Positions 22,658 to 34,421 of a stretch of DNA of 64,000 bases are shown here, one piece after another (the stretch's first letter is position 1; each line of letters opens with the position of its first letter). Made by a program: the position numbers and the translations under genes. The notes under the pieces were generated by a model. It was not told the origin of the DNA. It worked only from the letters and a program-made list of their open reading frames with translations, and did no database searches. Source of the stretch: Rhodosorus marinus CCMP1338 (taxonomy: Eukaryota > Plantae > Rhodophyta). Where the stretch lies: contig JAMWBK010000006.1 in NCBI GenBank assembly GCA_029953675.1, positions 1,550,001 to 1,614,000 of the forward strand, in the 5' to 3' direction.

Positions 22658-24346
22658 TCATGGCGTCCAGTAGTACTTCAATTCTATTTTGCCACGATTT
22701 GTCTTTGCTTTCCTTCTCCCATTCCCTTGTTTCTCTAGTATATACTCTCTCTCCAAGCTATTGTACTGAGGGTCTGGGGTGATTCCCCCAATCAACTCAC
22801 CAATAAAATCGTTTTGACTCGTGGCGTCATAGTCGTAGACCTTCACCTGCAGGGACAGGGGTAGACCGGCTTCTGCTTGCGAAAGTGGAAATCTGAATTC
22901 CTCCGACCAAATTGGTTTTCTGGACTTTTGGATAAATTTCGTACATCGATAGTGCTTCCCGTTAAGCAAAAGGACCACAAAAGGATCGGCCTTGCCATTG
23001 AAACCCGGGTCCATCTTTGGCAAGTCGGTTGCGGACTTCACGAAAACACAGAAGACCCTTCCTTGCGGGTAGAGGTTGTACAAAGCGGATGCCATATGCG
23101 TCAACGACATGCTCCCAGAACTGCCATTGGCCTGCACTTGCGAAAATGACGCGCTCCCGGGGGTTGCTCCCGGAGGGGCACCCGGCGGTGTACCATATAT
23201 AGGAGGGCTCGCCCGGTATTGCGAGGGGCTTGGCAAGACTCGGATTGGGAACTTCACGGAAAGCAGGTTCGATCTCGCGCCTATCAGGCCTCCTGGTAGA
23301 TGGAAGATGAGGTTAACGAAGTGTTTCACCTCCATTTTCTCCTTGTCTCCGTGCTTCAAGAATGTAGAGGGAGGCTCCATGACACTTGGTAGCCTGATCC
23401 CAAAGCTTCTATCAACAGTCGTTTTGTTCATAACCCCAAGTTCGTAAAGAATGAGGTCTGAAGACCCCCCTACTCTTGTAGGTTTTGTACGGTCCACGCT
23501 GAATGTTCTCCGGTCCAAGTTTTGCACGGTGTACTCTATCTCCTCCGTTATCCTCATATCAGCAAGATTTAGTTGCTTATTTAACTGGTTGTTAATAGTC
23601 GTCTCCACAACCACAGTGTCCCCTGCGAAGTATCCAACAGCAGAAGGTCTCGCCTTTACGTGTATCTTTCCAGCCGTGTCTGACACTTCCTTCCACCCAA
23701 GCTCTGTTCCTATAGAGCCGGCGCCCAAGGTGCTCATTTCGGAAATGGTCAACGGGCCCCGAAGGATCTCGATTGGACGCATCCTGCTCTTGAACATGTA
23801 CTGGTAATTCTCAAACTTCACCTTCACCCTGATCGTGTAGGTGACTTCAAACCTCTGTCTCTTTCCCCCGCTGTCAACGAAAGCACGATCAACGGGCTCC
23901 ATGGTGTTGGGGAGATTTGGAGGTATGGGAAGGGTTATCGGGAGGTCTATTCTATGCATTCCCGTGGAGTCCACCTGTCCGTTCCCGTACGGAGCACCAG
24001 CGACGGGGAAGAGCGTATACCTAAACGAATGCTGGAACCATTTCAGACGCTCGGTGACCGTCTTCGGCGAAGCACCAAGTCCGAAAGGGTCTCCAGACGT
24101 CTCACCGCCTACAATCTTGGAAATGTGCCTCAGCATCTTGGATTTCAACTTCACTTTGACTAAAGCTCCCAGCGGTGGTAATTCCGGACTCCTCAATACT
24201 ACTTTTCCATGTACTACCATTCCCGACATAATACCGGGTATCCTTTCACGCAGTTGCATACCATCCTCGAGATTATCCAGCCCGCTTATCAGCAGCTGCA
24301 AATCTGCCATTGGATAGTACCGACTGGAATTCTTGCTCCCAGTCAT
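22658..24346 (-). CDS. Arrestin-fold protein with PPxY motif and C-terminal C2 domain (562 aa, single exon)
   Basis: N-terminal arrestin-like strands (..PITLPIPPNLPNTME..EVTYTIRVKVKF; GYFAGDTVVVETTINNQLNKQL; PPSTF..MEVKHFVNLIF..VKFPIRVL), then SPPIY. C2 domain VFVKSATDLPKMDPGFNGKADPFV..LQVKVYDYDATSQNDFIG. Confidence 0.85.
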   Translation of the reverse strand: MTGSKNSSRYYPMADLQLLISGLDNLEDGMQLRERIPGIMSGMVVHGKVVLRSPELPPLGALVKVKLKSKMLRHISKIVGGETSGDPFGLGASPKTVTERLKWFQHSFRYTLFPVAGAPYGNGQVDSTGMHRIDLPITLPIPPNLPNTMEPVDRAFVDSGGKRQRFEVTYTIRVKVKFENYQYMFKSRMRPIEILRGPLTISEMSTLGAGSIGTELGWKEVSDTAGKIHVKARPSAVGYFAGDTVVVETTINNQLNKQLNLADMRITEEIEYTVQNLDRRTFSVDRTKPTRVGGSSDLILYELGVMNKTTVDRSFGIRLPSVMEPPSTFLKHGDKEKMEVKHFVNLIFHLPGGLIGARSNLLSVKFPIRVLPSPSQYRASPPIYGTPPGAPPGATPGSASFSQVQANGSSGSMSLTHMASALYNLYPQGRVFCVFVKSATDLPKMDPGFNGKADPFVVLLLNGKHYRCTKFIQKSRKPIWSEEFRFPLSQAEAGLPLSLQVKVYDYDATSQNDFIGELIGGITPDPQYNSLEREYILEKQGNGRRKAKTNRGKIELKYYWTP

Positions 24347-26841
24347 TGCAAAAAAAGGGCAAAAATTGCACCAAAAAACCTGCTCCTACTCACCAAACCC
24401 CTCAGACTCTTCCTGCGCAAAGCGCTGCTACTCACTCAACATACAACGTTTGAAAACCCACAAACTCCTGATCTGTTGAGCCAAACTCCATCGCACAAGT
24501 TTTCTTTTCCTCTCAACTACTCCATCAACGACATGAAAAACACCAGCAAAAAGCTCGATCTTGCTCAGGTCCAAATTCCACTCAAGCTCACCCTCCCCTC
24601 CCCTCCGCCCAACCCCATCCCCATCCCCATCCCCATCCAATCTCACAATCGCACTTAACTCCCAGTTCTCCAATACAACCAGCTCCCCCCCCCCTGAAAC
24701 ACCTCCAGAGGAGATAGCTTTAATCTGAAAGAAAGCCCAGGAAGTATCCACCAACCTTTTGCTGGAAGGGTGAGCCGTGGAAAATGGGGAGGTAGGTAGC
24801 AGGGCCACTATTACGACCCCAAAATAAACCAACAAAAAGAAAAAGAGAAGCATTTCACATCAGCTCACCAGATTCGCAACAAATTTCCAGTCCCCCCAAC
24901 CCCCTCTCCCTTGCCCCTGCCAAACAACCTGGGTTCCTGAAAAACTTAAACTGAGAAAATAACACCTATGTTTTACACCCACAATTCCCTATCCTAATAC
25001 ACATATCATGAATAGAACAAATAAAATATCTGAATGAGATTTTATGTTGTCTTATATCTAAGAACCTAGACATTATCTATAGGAAACTGGACAGTCCCCC
25101 CTCACCCAGTTCTGGGTCTCAACCGCGGTCTGATGTGAATATTGATAATTTTTCGATGACAATAGCAACCTGTTGAAGAAGAGTAAAAAGCCCAAAATAT
25201 CAATCTACCAAAAAAACAACAAGGATTGCCTGTTCAAATATAATAATGTTGTTATTGCCTAGCGCATAGATTTGATTATGGACGAGCAGCTATTTATACA
25301 TAGATTTTTCTGCAGAGTTTAGCTTTTGATCTTTTTTGTCAAGGTTCTCGTTTTTCCGTTGAAATACGATGTCTGATAGTTTGACGAAGATTGATTGAAT
25401 TTCTAAGACAAAATTGGATTTTCTGGATGGGATGGCAGAGCATTTGGCCATATGAACTGTATGCTTGCGTGGTGAATTGTGTAGATTTGGGAGGTGGGGG
25501 TTGGGGGGAAGAAATCCACTTGTTTGTGAACCACGTTTTCCGGGGTTTTTGGTATGCACCAGTTTTATTCTTTTTCTTTGCGTATAAATCTGAAGAGGGA
25601 TTTAGAGGGGGGGAGAGGTAGCTGGACTTTCCTAGGATATCGTAAATTGCCAGTGGGTTGGCAAGTTCCTAAATTTTGATGAAGTCCATCGTATTTTATC
25701 ACTCCGTTTCATAATATTTCGTGCTTAATCGTAATTGTTTTACATCTTTTCGGTGAGCCGAGTTTTTCTGCTGCATGTTCATGGACATGCCACCTGAGAT
25801 TCTCTTGTACTCATCCCGTTTGGTGGTTATCTACGCAGGATAGAAACGAATCGACCTCCCCCTCCCGCCGAACAACCTCCCACCTCCGGTAAGAGCTTGA
25901 ACTAAAAAGAGACGAATCGGGCTTCGGATTCCTGCGGCGCTCGCGTCGTAATCTGCCATCGGGGAATCAAATGTCGAATCGATGTTCTCCGTATCTCAGT
26001 ATCTCAAGTCATAAACCGGTGGAGTTTTCGTACAGCTAGGCTTTTTGGAGAACCCCTTTATTACGGTTGAGCTGAAGGAACTTTTAAAAATGTACGTATG
26101 ACTTGGGTAAGTTGGTTGTTGCCATCGTCTTTTCTCGCTTCGGTTGGGTTTTCTCCTGTGCGCAGATTTTTGACGTAGATAGACTCTTCACGTGCTTGGA
26201 ATGGGGTATGTTGATTGGAAACCAGGGTTCACGTTTGTTGCACATGCGGACAACCGTTGCAACACAAGACGAAGGCTGTTGCGGGTCAGTCTGAGTCATT
26301 CTGGCCACATACCCTGTACGACAGACGCCTGAGAAGCACTGAACTTGCGGTCTGTTATGGACGCATCTATTCCAGAGCACGTAAGTACCGACAGCGATAC
26401 CTGCGAAATTCTCAAAGAGTTTCAGTGTACAACTACCAACAGAAACTTACAAGCCAGAAAATTTGTGTTTGCCTCACTTCAGCACCAACCTGATGGGGGC
26501 TTTCACCTTTCCAGTAGACCGCAGTCCACAAAAGTTGGAACTGTTCAGACAACAGAGTTGAAAACTGGACCGTAGTCCTCTCACGTTTGCGGAACTTTAG
26601 AACCCTGCAATCGTACAAGAGCTCTCCTCCATGCTCGCGAATCCCAGATGACCGGATGATATAGTGCAGATGGTCATATAGAACATGACCAAGGCGCGAG
26701 GGCGCTCACTCGCCTCCCTAACACTAAGCGCGAGGCCGCTTAGTGTTCTTCTACAGGAAAACCGAGCTTCGATTGGGAACTCCAGCACAGTGCTCACAAT
26801 GACACTGTGCATTGACAAGAGCACAGGAAAAGAAGCACTAG

Positions 26842-26877
26842 GCTTGACTCTTGTAGGAGCCCCTACAAGAGTCAAGC
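26842..26877. repeat. Perfect 16-bp hairpin with a 4-nt loop
   Basis: GCTTGACTCTTGTAGG-AGCC-CCTACAAGAGTCAAGC. Confidence 0.9.
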
Positions 26878-27082
26878 GATGGACTCACATGGGTGGTGAG
26901 CTCATGGCGAGTCTTTCGTAATTGAGGACTAGAACAGTGACCAACGGCAACTGGTAATGACTCACAAAGCACTCAGACAAACGTTCGGATGATCAAGTCG
27001 CAGTTGCAAGATTTCAGTGATCACCAACTACCCCTTCATGAATCAGCTCATGAACGGAAACAAAGGAACCAAAACAAGCCTA

Positions 27083-27345
27083 ACATTTTTAAACAATTAA
27101 GCGATCCTCCTTCTCTGCGACAATATTCACTTCGGCATCATCCATATACCCCTTAGCAAGTGGGACCCGGGTCCCGATTAAGCACCTCTCCCATCAGTGA
27201 TTAAGCACCTCCCAGTGGGACCCCGGTCCCGAGTAAGCACCTCTCCCGTCAACGATTAAGCACCTCCCACTTGCTAAGGGGTATATGGATGATGCCGAAG
27301 TGAATATTGTCGCGGAGGAGGATCGCTTAATTGTTTTTAAAATGT
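27083..27345. mobile_element. Foldback/MITE-like element: ~80-bp inverted arms around two 55-bp direct repeats
   Basis: Arms at 27083-27165 and 27265-27345, with a perfect 49-bp core (27117-27165 vs 27265-27313). Internal direct repeats at 27160-27214 and 27215-27269. The structure is directly visible; the transposon interpretation is inference. Confidence 0.75.
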
Positions 27346-28478
27346 CAAGATCCTCCCCGAAAGTTCATTTGGATTCGCTCGGACAAACAAGCTGTGGCCG
27401 GGTACAAGAAAATTCCTCTCTTGTCACCTTTAGGCGTGTCGATTGGGGATGCCAAGTTTGTCCTTGGAGACCAGCATAAATCGCCCCAAAACCCACAGCC
27501 TCCCCACTTGACCTAGAATATTATCTGCCCTGCTCCTCGACAAGCGCTGATAGTGATTTCAGGGATTCTACACGCTTCCCATCCTAGCCTAGCTGCAATT
27601 TCCCTTTGATCTGAGAACTATCCCTTTGCTATTGCAAGAGCTACCCACGAACCTCCACGAACAACTCAACCAACCCGCTAGATAATCTCCAAGCAGCCTT
27701 TGTTCAATCGAAAGCCTCCGCGTCCTCTCGCTGACACCCGAAAAACAGTACAAAAAAAATCTCGAAAAGATATTTTGAAATCAAACACCAAAATCGAAAA
27801 ATAATATCTTCCTGGGCCAATAAAATTCGAGGATTTCTACTAAACGCCTTCATCAACCGCGTCACGAAAAGCCGCCACCCGCACCTAGTACACGAGAACA
27901 AAGCCTTCCAAAAACTATTTTTAGAAATAAAAAAGAGGTTTCCTGATCGGTTTACATAATTACTAAGGGGTAGGCTAGGGAGTGACGTATTTTACCTTGT
28001 TTCCCGGGATGCGGAGGGAGACGGACTTTTGAATTTCTTTCCAAGGCCTTGGGCGTAAATTTGTTCAAGCTGTATTATTTTGTATTAAGATATAAATAAT
28101 TGTCTTTCAGGAATTGTGGCCGTTGGTTTTGATGGGTAGATTTTTTTGCATGTTTAGATTCCGCCTCCAAGTTCGTGTCTTGTAAGATATTTGTTTTGCC
28201 TCTCGTCGGTCACACATATACAGGAGAGGTGTGCGCAGGTGGTTCGGTTTGTGAGGAAGGTTGCAGGTTGGCAGGGTAAGCTTGAGAGCCTTGAAAGTAC
28301 GAACGAGGTAAGTGGGAGGAGGGAGAGAGTGAACCAGTTCAAAATTTGCGTACGAGGGAGTACGGGCTGTTCGCACATTTGCTTCGGGGTTTGTGGAAAT
28401 ACCCCTGGCTGTTGAGGGTTGTTTTTCGGGAGTTCTGGAGGAGAGGGTTGGCAAGGAGGTTGGGAGGTGAATACAAGG

Positions 28479-29408
28479 ATGTATAGAGCGGAAAACGGCG
28501 CGGGCTATTGTAAGATGCTTCTTCAATTGAGGGGTTTCCTCTTTCGTCTTGTGTTTCGTTGTATCTGACGTTGTGGGTGTTTGGTACATCTTTTTTTTTT
28601 TTTTTTTTTAGATTCGCCGGCTCCTGTAGCTGCCTACACTCAAGAGTACTCTCCGCAGGTGGGAGATGCGTCGTCTGTTAGAGTGCGGAAGCCATATCAT
28701 AGTAGTCGAAGACGCCAGGCGTGGACAGAGGAAGAACACAGGCTGTTTTTGGAGGCGATCGACTTCCATAAGCGGGATTGGAAGAAGATTCAGGAACATA
28801 TTGCTACCAAAGATGTGCTGCAGATCAGGTCACATGCCCAGAAGCATTTCAGTAAGGTAGAGAGGAACAAAACGGGTGAATACGTACCTCCGGCAAGGCC
28901 GAAGAAGAAAGCTTCTCACCCGTACCCAAGGAGACAGAGTACGGAACAGGGCGGCGCTTCCAGAGCTGGCGTGAGTGGGTCCCCGGCCGTTTCGCCAATA
29001 ATGTCACCGGAGATGGAGGCCCAGTCAACACCTCTAGCCAATCAAATGTTGTGGAGCCCCTCACGACAGCAAAGCCTTATGCACTATAGAAGTCAGATGG
29101 AGTCGTTGCGAATGCAGGGCTACTATGAGTCGCCAACTCCTACGGGGCCGCCACACTTTGTGGCATCACCTCCGCAATGGCAGAGCCCTTGCCCTGGTCA
29201 TTACTCCTATGGGCCTCAACCGCGGTATATTGTCCACAATCCAATGCCTGACACAGCGCGGAACAGAGCGATTCGGTTTCAGAAGCTGAAGTTTAAGAGG
29301 AGACGTGTGGAGGAGCTTCTGAAACTGGAAGGTGAATCTGATACGAGGTCGGTGGATATTCTTACCGGAAGCACAGTGTCGAAGGAGTCGTCGGACGTCT
29401 TCGATTGA
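28479..29408 (+). CDS. Single-MYB SHAQK-type transcription factor, REVEILLE/CCA1-like (LCL/RVE8-like motif)
   Basis: RQAWTEEEHRLFLEAI..RDWKKIQEHIATKDVLQIRSHAQKHFSK followed by VPPARPKKKASHPYPRR. Inferred first exon 28479-28509 (MYRAENGAGY) and intron 28510-28610 join in frame. Confidence 0.92.
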
Positions 29409-29749
29409 ATTGTTTGGGACCGCGCGGAGCGTAAGCGATTGATTTCCGTATTATTGAAGTTGCCAAAAGCACACGGAGGCGACATCGACCTTTTAAGCGG
29501 TAAAAAGGTCGACAACGTGTTTTTTTTTAATTTGTTTGATAGGAACTTGTTATTGCATGTTTGATTCGAGGCTCCGAGTGCTTCGGAATAAGTGCTTATT
29601 CGTCACGCCGAGGTTTCTCCGAGTCACGCCTATTTTTTTAACTTTTTTTTGTTGATCTTAAATGTCCCTTAATACATAAACGATAAAACCATGACCTCTG
29701 GGATGGCAGTTGTAGTCAATCTGGTTACCCTTCGTTCCTCATACGCGTG

Positions 29750-30250
29750 CTGAGATGAAGCGGAGAATTTTCGATGCCTCATGAATTCTGTTATAAGTCT
29801 GTCTCGCGTGCCACACTGGTGACGGACCCCAGCGTAGCAAGCTTGAGAATCCCGAATGACTCGATCACAAGCAGGACTGGACGATGTGTCATGCGTAGCG
29901 CATTGAGTCGTTCGGGTTTCTTGATGGCATGAGCTCCTTGTCTCAAAAACTGCCTCCGTGATCGCCAGACTGCACTTTCTCTGACGTGGCTCTCCGCTTC
30001 ATGTTACGGCGAGTTGACGCCGCATAGTTGTTTGAAGGGCGTAACACCCGTCTTCGGTAGCACAGTGCTCTCAGAGTAGTTCGTCGCTGACAAACGCACA
30101 TGTCTTGGTGACGGACCGATTCTCCAGTGTAGCTTTGTTCGTACGCACCGTCATCATGACTCTTTCACCACCCGCATCTGTCCCCTAGACGCTGGTTGCA
30201 AACGGGCCACACCAGTGGGACATGACTTACCGCACATGGCACTGGTTATA
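29750..30250 (-). mobile_element. Possible decayed LTR-retrotransposon integrase C-terminal fragment
   Basis: Stop-interrupted translation ATNYSESTVLPKTGVTPFKQLCGVNSP resembles the integrase motif AYN..HSTTG.TPFELLYG..P. Confidence 0.3.
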
Positions 30251-31599
30251 CCTCCAAAGTACCGGGCCTAGGGCTGGGCAACCTGTCTACTTTTTTTTCT
30301 CAGACGCAGCGGTCCTTTGCCTGCTCCTCCCTCACCCTTTCACCCGATGCACGAGCTTGATCGCCTCTTCTTCTGTCCGGCACCTGCTCTATTCTTAGTT
30401 CTCTGTTTTTTTTTGAACCTCATCTGCGGGAGGGTGAGTTGCTCAGTTTTCGCAAGCACGGAATCAACTGCATGACAAAGAAAAACATCCGTCCATTTCT
30501 GACGGTCCACTTTGTGACTGGGACGCTGTGAAATGTTGAACTGCAACATAACTTCGATCGCTTCCTGGTCATAGCCTGTAGAACTCCGAGGCCTTTTCAT
30601 GGGTACGCGGCCTCAGATGTCTGATCAACAGCACGTGAACCCCTCGCATCGGGATCAGTTCAAGAGCCTTTCTAGAGGATCCGATGACTGCACTAGACCA
30701 GCACAAGAGCGTTCAATCTTCCACCCCTACGAGAATTAACTGCCTGGGCGTTAGACGAAGGAGCCCCCCGGGACCTCCCACCAACATACCCACGAGTGCA
30801 TCTCGTCTATAGTTCCCGGTGGACTCTCCGAGCTGGATGTGTTGCCCCGTTTCCAGAATTCACCATTTTCCCATTCTAACTCCCCGAGACCTGAGCTCCA
30901 TCAAAAATTCATTTTGGCAATGAACGAAAGATTCCGCCCCTACTGCGACAAATACCGCACGCGCGTGCGTGTTTGCATACGAGGTCGCAACCCACTCCAC
31001 GCAGATTCAAACCAAGCGATAGCGCAGATGACGATAAACCCAATCCGTGCGAATTCTCATTCTGCGCAACAGGGGATGACAAAAAAAAAAAAAAGGGAAG
31101 AAAAATATCTGTGTTCACCACAAAGGAAATTCACGTTGACATTCTTGCTCAATGTGACCATCAATCGAACTCCCTATCTCCGCACTCCAGCAAACAAGTT
31201 GGGCCGCTTTTCACCACAAACAGGAGAAAAACGGCAAAAACATACTGTGAAAATTATCAACATGATGAATTCCTTCAAAATTCAATACAGAAAAATTCGC
31301 GAAAGCAAATATCATAAGAAACATTTGCTTTGAGCACCAGTTGCTAATCATCTCACGGAAAATCATATTTTACGAAAGTAAATTATTTAGTACTGATGTC
31401 TCCGGTTTCTTAAAATCTTAACCAGTTTTCGAATGTGAGGGAGCTTTTTACATCTGAACCCATGTGGTAGTCTATCGGTAGTCTTTGTGGCGCTGTTCGA
31501 CGAGGCTAACACTATAATTGATCAGGGTGATGCTGGAGAGTGCCCATCCTTCCTTAACCTCTTTCACACGGAACGCGATTCTTTTTTCAAGTCTGAATG

Positions 31600-32150
31600 C
31601 CACTTTTTGGCAGTTCTCTGGGTAAGAACCAAGGGGGGGGAGGGGGGGAAACAGGTTTGAGTCTGTGTTTTCCGAGAGTCGGGAGGCTCTTACAGATATT
31701 GGGACCCTTTCCCTCAGTTTCTTTCCTCTCAGGGGCTCTGTCTGAAAAAAAGATTTGTGAAAGTGAGGTTGGTCGCAAAGCCTGGCGTGAATCCATGATG
31801 GGCTGCCCATCCGGATGTACTTGTGGCTTCCGCGAGTACATTTCCCAGCGTAATCTTGGACAATAGCATTTGCCGAGATTGCCTACTAGTCCAACGAACT
31901 ATTAGTCTGTAGGAGGAACATGGAAGGCCAATGTATAGAGACAAACGTGGAGAGCTACAGCATGCAAGACGTGAGAAGCATCTTGGTTGCTGTTACTGGG
32001 ATCAAGGACGACGCCAACTGTGCTTGGTCCCGGTTGACATAATCAACGAACGGCAAGGTTAGCCCCTCACAGAAAGAGCAGACACACACAGTCACCCAAA
32101 CGACCTTCATACGTGGAAATCGAGTTAAAACATGTGCGCACACTGTTAGC
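31600..32150 (-). mobile_element. Possible decayed Ty3/gypsy-like integrase core fragment
   Basis: Frameshifted pieces VDYVNR..LIPVTATK..FVSIHWPS and YSRKPQVHPDGQP loosely match VDY.TK..TA..VA..SRFG.P and HPQTDGQ. Weak. Confidence 0.25.
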
Positions 32151-34421
32151 AATTGGATTCGTTCTTACCTCCTGATTGACCTGTCCAAAATTCCAACCGC
32201 ATGTTTACCCTAAAAGATGCTGATTCATTCTATTCTTCACTTTCCCTTTCCAAGAATAGCGTACCCGCGAACATAGAACGAATTCAGGTCGCAAATGGGA
32301 CGTTTGAAAAAATCGATCAATAGTAGTTTGCACAGCCGTACAACCGCTGGTCTGCAGTGAGTATCAACCTCAAAGAGGTCTTAGAAACGGAAGCTTGGTG
32401 GTCAATCAGTGGTCAATCATGCTGAATTCTAGACAAGATATCACTAAAAGTACATACCGGGGGTTGTGACCAAATCCCGTTTACGACCTGGGCGCAACTA
32501 TTGGTAATGAAGAACTCTGAAGCGTCATTATCCAACACTTAGCGCGACATCTGTGATGCTGATGACGCACCTGGTTGGGGACTTTTGTGTCCCATAAAGC
32601 AAGTTCAGGCTTCGTCGTTTGTCCCCTCGAGCGGGTCAGCCCGACGGCGTAGCTAAGTCTTGTTTAGAGAAGACGATGAGAGCAATGCACTCAAACTAGG
32701 TAATTCTCAAAAAGTTGAAAGGTGCTTTCCTGAGTTGGTAAAGTGTTTAGGATTTTTGGGCTAGTAAAGTAGAGTTTACTCTTTAAATTAGTATAGTCAT
32801 TCCTTGATGCAAAGGCGTGGTGAGCGCTTAGTACACTTTCGGGGACTCTCCTCCACTCAAACCATCGTTCATGGGTGGAAAATCGTTACGCGTATCTAAG
32901 CTTTTTCCTCAGTAAACGGAGGCGGGGAAGCGCGGTGGGGGGGCAGATGGAAGCGAAACAACTTAGTATTTTAATCCCCAACAGCCTTCTCTCGCAAAAT
33001 GAGAAATACAGCTCGCTATTGAAGGATCGAGAGGGGGGGGGGTTGGGGGAGAGGGGGCGTTTGTAAACAAGCAATTAATGATGGCGTAAAAAAATGTATT
33101 GCAAAGGAAGAAGATTCGAAAGGGCGGCTTTGCAACAGAAAAACTCGAAGAAAAAACTCAAACAAAGCAAGCAGGCACGTAAAGAACCCTGTAATTTATC
33201 GGCAAAAACAAGAAAGACCACTATGGATGTGCAAAAAACCCTTTCAACTTTTTCATAAATTCTAAAGGACAGCCTGTCGATTATACTAGAAATTTAATTG
33301 GGTGGACACTCCGTATCGACGTGTAGGTCATGCAAAAGGATACGTGAGATAATTTCATTGGGTAAGGAAGTCTCGGGTTTACTAGGGAAAAATATTTCGC
33401 GAATCGAGCTGGGCCTCTTATTCTCTGAGCGGATTTCAAGAAGGTAAAATACAAATTTCCAATGTTAAGAATGAATGGAGGAACGGCAGGAATTTTCAGA
33501 TAAGTAAGAGATTCCGGAGGCACAAAAAAACAACCAAAACACCAACAAATTCTTGTCATGAACGCGATTGTCAAAAAAAGTCTGTCGTTTTTATTGAAAA
33601 ATAATGACTCCTCGTTCGTTTTTTAAAGCAGTTCATTTCTCCGGCAACTTGCGTCAGAAGATAGTATTCTTTTTACATAAAACATTTTCGAGCTATGTCT
33701 GAATATATGACAGACCCCATGACGACCCCCCCCCCCTCCGGCCTGGATGATTGGTGTTGCCTGTTCCGGGAAAACCATTTTTGAATTTCTTAAGTTTTAG
33801 CTTGGGCAGGAGGAGAGAAGGATGGAGGATGGCCACTGTTCATCTTCTAGTGGAAAAAGAGAGATTCCTGCCTTTTCGGATCCTGACTCCAAATTGTAGT
33901 GCCCCAACGAGTGTTTTTTTTCCAGATTCAAGAACGATGCTCTCATTCTCGTGGTTGGAACACATTGAGCGTATATACTGTTTTGTCATTAGTTTTATTT
34001 TGAATCCGTTTTCTCCGGGCGGTCATTGCCTCATCGGTTTTTTGTGTTTTTTTGTGTTTTTGGGGGGTCAGGAGTTTTACGTCCTTGGAATGTAAGACAG
34101 GAAACGCTCACACGACAGAACATTTTTTGTGATTTTTTTGAGGGGTAGAGAATTAATTTGGTATATAAGACTATGGGATGACTACAATAGGCTGCGGGTG
34201 AGGAGCTTTGGATGTGTGGGTGTAGTGTGTCGCACGCAGTGAGGAAAGCTGTGCGTGGTAACATTTTGAAGGGAGCACGAGAGAGGCTCTTCCTGAGACA
34301 AGTTCTGGGAGAAGTGGTCGTTTTTTGGTCAAAGCGCGGAGGAGTGTGTGTTGGTTGTTGGCCAGCGCTGACCGTACTTGGAGCTTGGTTTTGGAAAAAG
34401 GGTAACTTTATTTGAGCAGCA

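Noticed and set aside
26838-26877. Helitron 3' terminus (hairpin plus CTAG)
   Set aside because: CTAG abuts the hairpin instead of lying about 10-12 nt beyond it, and no 5' TC end or RepHel ORF was identified.
30340-30600. Copia RNase H-like RSSTGY..IS string
   Set aside because: The spacing to the ISW-like position is wrong, the EAEY motif is missing, and the domain order relative to the nearby integrase-like piece is inconsistent with copia.
33281-33600. Tc1/mariner-like transposase remnant in an AT-rich tract
   Set aside because: There is only a vague resemblance across multiple stops, with no DDE spacing or TIRs found.
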